Source of the DNA: an uncultured Planctomycetia bacterium
GTDB lineage: Bacteria > Planctomycetota > UBA8108
Assembly: GCA_964615885.1 (NCBI GenBank)
Contig: CAZTRG010000149.1
Location: 2,903-66,902, forward strand
Direction: 5' to 3'
DNA length: 64,000 nucleotides
Below are positions 40,148-47,305 of this stretch, piece after piece; the first letter of the stretch is position 1, and each line of letters begins with the position of its first letter. The notes below the pieces were generated by a model. That model saw only the letters and a program-made list of their open reading frames with translations, was not told where the DNA came from and ran no database searches. Position numbers and translations under genes: made by a program.

Positions 40148-40765
40148 TTACTCCTCCCCTTGCTTGAGAACCCGCTCGAGGCGAACCTCTCTTTCAAGAA
40201 CCCTCTCCACTGTCTTGTAGTTTTGCGAGACCACCGGCAATGACACCTCGAAGCTGATCCCGAGGTGATGACGGGGAAGTCCCAGCTCCCGCCAGGCATC
40301 CCTGTCTTCGACGATCTCAACAGGAAGCTCAGCCATCTCGAGGCCCACCTCCTTGCCCAGGAACTCCTCCATCTCCCCCACCGGCAACAACGCGATGGAA
40401 TGAAGAAGCTGAAGCACCGCCTCGACTGAGCCCATCTCCTCCTGGGGAGTCGCCTCCACAATCATGAAAACGTAGCGCAGGCTGACCCAGAGGGCTCCAC
40501 CGCGGCTGCGGCCCGGCAGCCCGGCCTCCTGCGCCGGCTGCATCCGGGCTCCGGCCTGCCGGTACCTGGCAGCGGGAGAAACCCGCTGCAGGTAGAGAAC
40601 CCCCCTGGCCCCGTATTCGACATCATCCCCTGCTCCCCGGGGCGGAAGATCAATCGGATGACAGAGATAGACAGGAATCTCCTGCTGTTGAGCCGTTCCA
40701 CGAACCGCCTCCTCAAGGCGAATCGCCAGGTAACGGCTCAGATCGTAGAAATCCCCTGGCCTCAT
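40148..40765 (-). CDS. DUF4255-like protein (putative tail terminator/cap, Afp16/Pvc16-like)
   Basis: 205 aa, immediately upstream of the sheath candidate. Weak motif similarity (IPVYLCHPIDLPP..., GVLYLQRVSP versus the DUF4255 N-terminal/LFLYDIRE pattern). Confidence 0.45.
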   Translation of the reverse strand: MRPGDFYDLSRYLAIRLEEAVRGTAQQQEIPVYLCHPIDLPPRGAGDDVEYGARGVLYLQRVSPAARYRQAGARMQPAQEAGLPGRSRGGALWVSLRYVFMIVEATPQEEMGSVEAVLQLLHSIALLPVGEMEEFLGKEVGLEMAELPVEIVEDRDAWRELGLPRHHLGISFEVSLPVVSQNYKTVERVLEREVRLERVLKQGEE

Positions 40766-40831
40766 GGAATTAACCTCCCTCCCCGGGAGCCCATGCAGGG
40801 CCTCTCACTGGAATACCACGCTGCTGTTGGT

Positions 40832-41329
40832 TCAGCCCGAATCATTCTCAATACCCATCCCTTGTCGCCTGCTCATTGCTCCATCCATGTACTCATCAAC
40901 AAGAGCATGGATCGAGGTGAATGAAAAATTACCTGTCCGTCCTTCCCCACCGGCCGCCTTGCGGATCGGCACGTAGCTACCATCCCTGCACGCTACCCCG
41001 AGAAGCTCCACCGCTTCTTCAGAACCGCTTCCCAGGAGCTCAGTGGCAGCCACCGCACCGTGGAGACTGTTGTGAAAACGAAAGCTCCCCCGGGGAGTTT
41101 CGATCACGAATTCCAGCCCATCCAGCAACCGGGAGCCGGGAGCCTGCACCTCGTCGGCCTCTGCAGGATCCGCCACGGCACCTCTTGTCCTGAAGGCCAA
41201 CTCAAGATTCCTGAAAAAACGTCCAAGCGCCTGGGCGTGCCCCCGCGGAACACCCGGCTCCAGGACGGAATGGTTTCTCCCCGCAGGAACCGAAAAGGCC
41301 TTCGCTATGGTTGGCCGAAGAGCTCTCAT
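40832..41329 (-). CDS. Hypothetical protein in CIS operon
   Basis: 165-aa ORF between the FHA gene and the cap candidate, same strand, short intergenic gaps. No family recognised. Confidence 0.35.
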   Translation of the reverse strand: MRALRPTIAKAFSVPAGRNHSVLEPGVPRGHAQALGRFFRNLELAFRTRGAVADPAEADEVQAPGSRLLDGLEFVIETPRGSFRFHNSLHGAVAATELLGSGSEEAVELLGVACRDGSYVPIRKAAGGEGRTGNFSFTSIHALVDEYMDGAMSRRQGMGIENDSG

Positions 41330-41360
41330 TCTCTACACTGTCCTTCTCGATTGCATTGCT

Positions 41361-43094
41361 TCACGGCACAGCTCTCCCACCACCATCGACCAGCGCGGCT
41401 CCCCCTGCCCCCTCCAGGAGCAGGCGGGCTCCCAGGTCCTCCAGGAGAGCCTCCTTCTCCAGCAATCGCTGCCTCACATCGTCTGCATATTTCCTCAGCA
41501 GGACCAGCTCTTCTGAACGACTTGATTCGCTGTCGCGGAGGCCATCGAGCTGCGCTTCCTGGTCCCGGCGCTTTTTCTCGGCAGCCACCAGGCGCCCCTG
41601 CAGAAGCTCGATCTCGCGCTGGAGGCGTTTTTCTGCTTTCTCTCTTTCGCGGCCGTAGAAGGCAAGCTCCCGGTTCACCTTCCTGTACTTTTCCTCGCTC
41701 CGGGCAAGTGCAGCCGCCTGGGTATCCATCGTCTGCTGAAGCTCCGTGGTACCCGAGCTGAGCAGCTCCAGCTCTTTTTCAATCTCCCCGCAACGCAGCC
41801 TGCACCCGGCACCGTCGGTCCGCTCCTGCTCAAGCTCTTCCTGCATGCGCAGGGCCGATTGCCTGCCGCTATCGGACTCCGCAAGGGCTTCTGCAAGCTG
41901 GGCCGCCTGTTTTTCAAGCTCGGCCCGGCTGCCCTTCAGCTCTGCCGTCATTCGTTCTTTCTCAGCCTGCAGGCTCTTGATGTTCTTCCGGTAGGCGCTG
42001 CTGAGGTCCTGCTCGGTCTCCTCCAGGCGTTTACGATTCTCTTCCTCCTGGCTGGCAAGCTCACTGCGATGATGGTGGGAATCCTGCTTCCTTTCAGCCA
42101 GGAGCGAATCAAGCTCACTGCGAAGACCGGCGAGCTCTGCACGAAGACCGATGGTGATCTCACGTTCCTTCTCGAGCTCGCCAGCGCTCGACTCAAGGCG
42201 GCGGTTCAGCTCAGCCTGGCCCGATACTGATTCAGTAAGCTTGCCTGTTTCTTCAAGCAAGAGACTGCTCACATCTGCCTGCCCTGCCTCTGCCTCACCC
42301 AGCTTCACCTGCAGATCCTGGACCTCCTGCTGCGCTACCTCTGCCTCACCCAGCTTCACCTGTAGATCCTGGACCTCCTGCTGCGCTGCCTGCAGAGATT
42401 CCATGGAATCAGCGAGCTGCTGCTGGTGATTCTCCGCCTGCTCGGCCAGCTCCGACTGAACCGCCTCCAGCTCTTTCTGCAGCTTGCCGTCCCGCGCCCG
42501 AGGCCTCCCTGGCTCTGCAGGCTGTCCTGCCTCGACCCTGGAAAGCTCATCCCTGGCTTCCTCCAGCTGGCTCTCCAGCCGGCCCCTGGCAGCCATGACG
42601 CTTTTCAGGCCGGCCACCAGCCGCTTCTTCTGGTCCAGGCGCTGGGCAAGCTTCTGGCTGAGCTCCTCGTTCTGCCGGGTCAGCCGCGCCCGGGCCTTCT
42701 CAAGCTCGACCTTCTTGGCCTCCGCAGCCTTCGCACGCCTCAGCAAGGCCCGGTCGGCCCCCGAAGCGCCTGGAGAGCTGCCTCCCGCACTCCCGGTATC
42801 AGGAATCACCGACAACCTTGTACCCCCGACCCGCAGAAGATCACCTGTTCGAAGACTTGCACGATCGACCGGCCGCTCATTCAGGAAGGTACCCCTGGAG
42901 CTCCCCAGGTCTTCGACCACCACCTCATCGCCCTCCTTCTGGAGGCGGGCGTGGCTTGGAGAAACCAGGGAATCGCTGATACACAGCTCACATTCACCGG
43001 CGCTGCCGATATCGATGGAATCCCGCAGAGGAAAGACCTTTCCTCTAAACTCTCCATTCAATACCCGCAGCATGAAACCTTCAGAGACTTTCAT
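41361..43094 (-). CDS. FHA-domain protein with about 450-aa coiled-coil C-terminal region
   Basis: N-terminal FHA (GKVFPLRDSIDIGSAGECELCISDSLVSPSHARL...GSSRGTFLNERPV). The remainder is heptad-rich, Glu/Leu/Gln/Arg-rich coiled coil with an in-frame 51-bp tandem duplication. First gene of the minus-strand CIS block. Confidence 0.8.
   Translation of the reverse strand: MKVSEGFMLRVLNGEFRGKVFPLRDSIDIGSAGECELCISDSLVSPSHARLQKEGDEVVVEDLGSSRGTFLNERPVDRASLRTGDLLRVGGTRLSVIPDTGSAGGSSPGASGADRALLRRAKAAEAKKVELEKARARLTRQNEELSQKLAQRLDQKKRLVAGLKSVMAARGRLESQLEEARDELSRVEAGQPAEPGRPRARDGKLQKELEAVQSELAEQAENHQQQLADSMESLQAAQQEVQDLQVKLGEAEVAQQEVQDLQVKLGEAEAGQADVSSLLLEETGKLTESVSGQAELNRRLESSAGELEKEREITIGLRAELAGLRSELDSLLAERKQDSHHHRSELASQEEENRKRLEETEQDLSSAYRKNIKSLQAEKERMTAELKGSRAELEKQAAQLAEALAESDSGRQSALRMQEELEQERTDGAGCRLRCGEIEKELELLSSGTTELQQTMDTQAAALARSEEKYRKVNRELAFYGREREKAEKRLQREIELLQGRLVAAEKKRRDQEAQLDGLRDSESSRSEELVLLRKYADDVRQRLLEKEALLEDLGARLLLEGAGGAALVDGGGRAVP
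42287..42388 (-). repeat. In-frame 51-bp tandem duplication (2 copies, 2 mismatches) inside the FHA/coiled-coil gene
   Basis: Copy 1 at 42287-42337 and copy 2 at 42338-42388 (cctctgcctcacccagcttcacctg[c/t]agatcctggacctcctgctgcgct[a/g]c). Encodes AQQEVQDLQVKLGEAE twice. Confidence 0.85.
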
Positions 43095-43123
43095 GCGTCC
43101 TCTTCACTTCTGAATCTTCACTC

Positions 43124-43855
43124 TTGAATCTTCACTTCAATTTTTCACCGGGGCTGACCCGGCAGGGGATTCAGGCCTGCAGTTTAGCGTTTAGCCGCCT
43201 GGGATGGAAGTTTGAAACTGCCCCCACAGAGCCTTCAACAAAGCCCCACACCCCGTTTGCCACCCGGCAGGGAACGGTATATAACCCACCTGTGAATCCG
43301 CAACAGACTAGCACCCCGGTTCATTGCCCCAACTGCGGACACCCCGTAGACCGCCAACCCATCCATTGCACCGTCTGCGGATATCAAAGCCAGTCGGTTA
43401 AAGAGTACTTCTGGATGTATCTCGGCGGCGGCGTGCTGATCCTGCTGGGGGCACTTCATGTGGTGCTTGGAACACTCTCACAGGACTCCAGGCAGGACCA
43501 TTGGAGCCGTTTATTTTCAGGCTGGTATCCCCTGGGGCCCTGGCCTGCAGATTCAAACTGGTTCGCGATTGTGCTCCTTGGGATCGCACTGACCCTGATT
43601 GGACTGGGCTTCACCAGGCACTTCAAATCGTCTTTTTACGCAGGAATCGTTCTTTTCGGCTGGCAAATTTTATGCGCCGGAAAAAAACTCCTCTCAGGCT
43701 CCCCTGAAAACACAGCCCGTTTCACTGTCTTATCTGCACTGATCCTTGAAGTCCTTTTACTGCTATTGGTTATACGGATAGGTATGGCTCTCAAAAGGAC
43801 ACCCGGGAGAGAAATCGACCGCCTCCAGAGAGGGCCTCAAAAAGCTGAAGAATAG
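43124..43855 (+). CDS. Zn-ribbon-containing integral membrane protein (about 4 TM helices)
   Basis: CPNCGHPV...CTVCGY zinc ribbon followed by hydrophobic helices (YLGGGVLILLGALHVVLG, FAIVLLGIALTLIGLGF, etc.). Divergent from the CIS operon. True start uncertain (could be internal). Confidence 0.45.
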   Translation: MNLHFNFSPGLTRQGIQACSLAFSRLGWKFETAPTEPSTKPHTPFATRQGTVYNPPVNPQQTSTPVHCPNCGHPVDRQPIHCTVCGYQSQSVKEYFWMYLGGGVLILLGALHVVLGTLSQDSRQDHWSRLFSGWYPLGPWPADSNWFAIVLLGIALTLIGLGFTRHFKSSFYAGIVLFGWQILCAGKKLLSGSPENTARFTVLSALILEVLLLLLVIRIGMALKRTPGREIDRLQRGPQKAEE

Positions 43856-44145
43856 CAAAAAACGCCTTCTGGAAGTGGTTTGAGGGCATTTCTGAATATT
43901 CACCTGTTGACTATATCCGGGTTTTCAGGTATTCAAGCTTCCCGTAATGTTGAACGGAAAGCCCTGAGAGCGTTTCTCAGAGCGTTTTAGAGGTTTTGGT
44001 GAATTCCGGATCCTGCTTTCTCTCTTTCTCAGAGGAGCTGCTTCAGAGCCTGTCAGATTGGTGATTACAGGCTTGAAGAGTTGCTTTGAGGCCGAAGGAA
44101 GGGCAAATCAGGAAATTGACCAGCAGAACAGGAGGAAGTAAAGAG

Positions 44146-44352
44146 ATGTTCGAAGATGCCCCAGCGGCGGCAGCCAGCAAAGAAACCCTGGTAGTCGGCA
44201 GCAAAGTGAAAGCATACGTCAAGTCACAGGATATGATGTCATCCGGTGAGCTTATTGGTGCCCTCAGTGACAAGGTCCACGAACTGCTTGATGCGGCCAT
44301 TGCCCGCACCAAGGCCAACAAGCGCTCAACGGTAAAGGCCAGCGATCTCTGA
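44146..44352 (+). CDS. Small histone-fold protein (DUF1931-like; candidate bacterial histone-like DNA-binding protein)
   Basis: ATG at 44146 with strong AGGAGGAAG RBS 8 nt upstream. 68 aa, MFEDAPAAAASKETLVVGSKVKAYVKSQDMMSSGELIGALSDKVHELLDAAIARTKANKRSTVKASDL, with lysine-rich helix-strand-helix layout like DUF1931/histone-fold proteins. Followed by a terminator. Confidence 0.55.
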   Translation: MFEDAPAAAASKETLVVGSKVKAYVKSQDMMSSGELIGALSDKVHELLDAAIARTKANKRSTVKASDL

Positions 44353-44376
44353 TCAGCTGCTCTTTATGAAGTGAAA

Positions 44377-44417
44377 AGAGCGAAGATGGATAGCGATTCC
44401 GTCTTCGCTCTTTTTTT
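44377..44417 (+). terminator. Rho-independent terminator after the histone-fold gene
   Basis: Stem AGAGCGAAGA (44377-44386) / TCTTCGCTCT (44402-44411) followed by T7. Confidence 0.8.
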
Positions 44418-44482
44418 CTGTCACAGCAGAAAGAGGCCGCTTCCCGGCAAGTCAGCCCGGAAAGCTGAATACAGGAAACAGG

Positions 44483-44746
44483 TTGATGGAAAATGAAACC
44501 CTCGAGATCCGGGTTCTCTTCTTTGCCCTGGCCCAGGAGCTTGCAGGTGAAAGTTCCATTCAACTCTCCCTCTCGGCTCCCGCCACTGCCGGTGATGCCG
44601 AGGCGGCCCTGAAAAAACGCTACGAATGGCTCGGTGAAAAGCTCTCTTCCTACAGGATCGCTGTAGACGAGGAGTTCGGCCAGGGGGACACCCCGCTGCG
44701 CAACGGCTCGGAGCTGGCCATCATCCCCCCGGTGAGTGGAGGCTGA
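44483..44746 (+). CDS. moaD: Molybdopterin synthase sulfur-carrier subunit
   Basis: 87 aa ending in ...PPVSGG (C-terminal Gly-Gly). ThiS/MoaD fold pattern. Confidence 0.8.
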   Translation: MMENETLEIRVLFFALAQELAGESSIQLSLSAPATAGDAEAALKKRYEWLGEKLSSYRIAVDEEFGQGDTPLRNGSELAIIPPVSGG

Positions 44747-45161
44747 AAGGATGGAGCGCATCGTAAAAGAGGCTATTGATTGCAGCGCCGTCATCGAGCA
44801 AGTCATCGGCGAAGATCGTGGTGCCGTTCTCACCTTCGCCGGAACCGTGAGAAACACCAACCTCGGACGCAGGGTTCTTTCCATCGATTACCATGCCTAC
44901 GAATCGATGGCACAAAAAGAGATCGAGAAGCTGGAAGAGGAGACCGCGGCCCGCTGGCCCGGGGTCAAGGTGCGTATTGTCCACCGCATCGGCAAGCTGG
45001 AGCTCGGCGAGGCCAGCGTATTTATCGCTGCCGCCGGAGCACACAGGGATGAGTCTTTTGCTGCGCTACGCCACGCCATCGACCGGCTCAAGGAAGAGGC
45101 CCCGGTCTGGAAACGCGAGAGCTACGAAGACGGCAGCGAGGCCTGGCTGGAAGGTTCCTGA
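44736..45161 (+). CDS. moaE: Molybdopterin synthase catalytic subunit
   Basis: HRIGKLELGEASVFIAAAGAHRDESFAALRHAIDRLKEEAPVWKRE matches the MoaE signature. Overlaps moaD by 11 nt. Confidence 0.8.
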   Translation: MEAERMERIVKEAIDCSAVIEQVIGEDRGAVLTFAGTVRNTNLGRRVLSIDYHAYESMAQKEIEKLEEETAARWPGVKVRIVHRIGKLELGEASVFIAAAGAHRDESFAALRHAIDRLKEEAPVWKRESYEDGSEAWLEGS

Positions 45162-45176
45162 TGCAGGAGGGCTGCC

Positions 45177-45923
45177 TCAGGAAGGCAGCTTGACACCGCA
45201 CTTCTCGAAATCCTTCCGCGCAGCTTCGGCCCAGCCCCTGTTGGCAGCCGGGCTCCTTGGGCTGGGATGCAGAACCTTCCCGATCTCCACATCCATACCC
45301 TCAAAACACTCCTCGGCCCTGCCCTGGGCGAAGTTGCCGACCCCGATCACGCGCCTGGGGCCGAGGTGCTCCACCATCTCCCGCAGGGCCCGGGTACAGA
45401 TCTCAAAGAGCCTGGCCCGTTGCGGTGCCGGGCAGCGGTCAGGAGTCAGGTTACGCCCTGACTCCTCCATGAAAATAAGCGGGCAGAAATTCAGGATGTA
45501 AAACTGCCTGAAGAAACGCTCCGGCCGGCCGTAGGTCTCCTTTGCCCAGGCCCACAGGCGGGCCCCGCTGACCTCGCTGCGTGAACAATCGAAACCGAGA
45601 ATCGGCCGCTTGGGGTGTTCCTGTGGAGGCTTGTCAATCTTCTCCTCGATCTTCAACCAGTCCCTGACATGGTTGACCTCGCCGAAGGGAACCCCGGTCT
45701 GGGCCATGCCGAAGGGGCCACCGTTAATCCCCAGCAAGACCGATTCAACGCCCTTTCGCGCGTACCTTCGGATGTACTCTTCGTGGGCCCTGCGGGCATA
45801 GACCAGGGGATTGTAAACGCAGGCTATGGGGTCGGAGAACTTCAGCGGCTCCAACTCCCTCACCAGCCGGCGGGTGATCCTGATGATTTTCTCGGGCATC
45901 TCTCTAAAATCCCCCTCAATCAA
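45177..45923 (-). CDS. SMUG1-type (family 3) uracil-DNA glycosylase
   Basis: GINGGPFGMAQTGVPFG and HPSPRSPAAN motifs characteristic of SMUG1. Confidence 0.8.
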   Translation of the reverse strand: MIEGDFREMPEKIIRITRRLVRELEPLKFSDPIACVYNPLVYARRAHEEYIRRYARKGVESVLLGINGGPFGMAQTGVPFGEVNHVRDWLKIEEKIDKPPQEHPKRPILGFDCSRSEVSGARLWAWAKETYGRPERFFRQFYILNFCPLIFMEESGRNLTPDRCPAPQRARLFEICTRALREMVEHLGPRRVIGVGNFAQGRAEECFEGMDVEIGKVLHPSPRSPAANRGWAEAARKDFEKCGVKLPS

Positions 45924-45928
45924 CCTGC

Positions 45929-47263
45929 CTACTCAGAGATCCTGTAGAGCTTCGAGGCTGTCCGGATAAACAGGCTTCCCCTGGCCATGCCGGGTGAAGA
46001 CATACAGAGCTCATCGAGCTTGTTAACATGCAGGAGCTCATTCTTCCGTCCGGCCTTGTAGACAAAACAGTCTCCATCCTCGCTCAGGCAGAACACCTTG
46101 TCATCGTAGGCCCAGGGAGATGAGGTAAAGGGGGTCCTCTGGCGCTCTCGCACCCGGATCTTTCCATAAACCTCCTTGCCGGTACGGGCATCGAAACAGG
46201 CAAAGAAGCCGAAATCATAGAGCACGTAGAGCAGGTCCTTATAGACCAGGGTCGAGGGATTGTAAGGAGCCGCCTTGGCCTGCCTCCAGGCGATGGAGCT
46301 GTCTGTGGCCCCCTTCTTCTTCAGGTTGATCGTTCCCTTACCCCCTGGATTGATCGCGTAGATGGGCTTGCGGCCATCACCGACGTAACCGGAGGTGACA
46401 TAGAGAAGTCCATGGGCTGTGTAGGGCGTCGCGATGGTAATCGAGGACATATCAGCCACGAGCTCCCAGAGAAGCTTTCCATCGAGTCCATAGGACCGGG
46501 TTGTTCCGCTTCCCGGGGCGATGATCTCAGTCCGAAGATCGTTCTTCCAGACAAAGGGTGTCGACCAGTTGCTCTTCTCCTCCCGGTCCCTGCGCCAGGC
46601 CGTCTTGCCCGTCTTCTTGTCGAAGGCCTCGATGAATGACTGCTCCTCGTTGTCATTGAGGATATAGATCGCGTCGCCGTGGAGGGCCGGGGAGGCCGCG
46701 CTGCCCCAGTTGTAGCGTGTCCTGAATGCCTTCATTGGCCGCTTCCACTTCAGCTTTCCATCGAGATCGTGAGCAAAGAGCCCCTGGTCGGCAAAATAGG
46801 AATAGACCATCTGTCCATCCGTCACCTGGGTCTCGGGAGCGTAGTTGTTCTTGATGTGCCTCGGCGTAAGCGGCTTGCCCGCATCCGCCTCCTGTTTCCA
46901 CAGCAGCTTTCCCGTCTGGAAACTGAAGCAGTAAATCATCCAGCGATGAGCATTGGGCGACGGGTTCTTCTCATTCCCCCCGAAGTAGAGCCCCTTCTTG
47001 ATGGCCTTTTCCTTGCCCGCACTGACCGCTGAGGTCAGGAACACCTTGTCGCCCCAGATCACCGGAGAGGACCAGCCCCGGCCGGGTACCGGAACACTCC
47101 ATTTCACGTTCTCCGTCTTGCTCCAGGTCGCGGGAAAGCCCTTGCCCTCGGCTACCCCGCGGGCGCCAGGCCCGCGAAACTGCGGCCAGTTGGCCGTGTC
47201 ATCGGCCCACAGGGCACTCTTGGAGAACACCAGCATTCCCAGGACAACCAGGTATCGCATCAT
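45929..47263 (-). CDS. Secreted PQQ-like beta-propeller repeat protein (BamB-like fold)
   Basis: Signal peptide MMRYLVVLGMLVFSKSALWA. Repeated W/G-rich blade motifs (PVIWGDKVFLTS, DGKLLWE, YAINPGGKG...). Confidence 0.7.
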   Translation of the reverse strand: MMRYLVVLGMLVFSKSALWADDTANWPQFRGPGARGVAEGKGFPATWSKTENVKWSVPVPGRGWSSPVIWGDKVFLTSAVSAGKEKAIKKGLYFGGNEKNPSPNAHRWMIYCFSFQTGKLLWKQEADAGKPLTPRHIKNNYAPETQVTDGQMVYSYFADQGLFAHDLDGKLKWKRPMKAFRTRYNWGSAASPALHGDAIYILNDNEEQSFIEAFDKKTGKTAWRRDREEKSNWSTPFVWKNDLRTEIIAPGSGTTRSYGLDGKLLWELVADMSSITIATPYTAHGLLYVTSGYVGDGRKPIYAINPGGKGTINLKKKGATDSSIAWRQAKAAPYNPSTLVYKDLLYVLYDFGFFACFDARTGKEVYGKIRVRERQRTPFTSSPWAYDDKVFCLSEDGDCFVYKAGRKNELLHVNKLDELCMSSPGMARGSLFIRTASKLYRISE

Positions 47264-47305
47264 CTTTCGCTCCTTGAATTGACTTCCAGGGTTTATTTTT
47301 CCAGC

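Noticed and set aside
40144-40461. N-terminal 106 codons of ORF 39175..40461 (extremely Arg/Trp/Ser-rich) overlapping the DUF4255-like gene.
   Set aside because: Composition typical of an out-of-frame reading of a GC-rich coding region. A good internal ATG with RBS at 40143 gives a clean 4-nt junction with the upstream gene.
43900-44000. Repeated gagcgttt / ctcagagcgtttt motif and TTGACT in the AT-richer spacer upstream of the histone-fold gene. Considered as a promoter or small RNA.
   Set aside because: Only short imperfect direct repeats. No convincing -10 element at proper spacing and no stable structure. Left unannotated.
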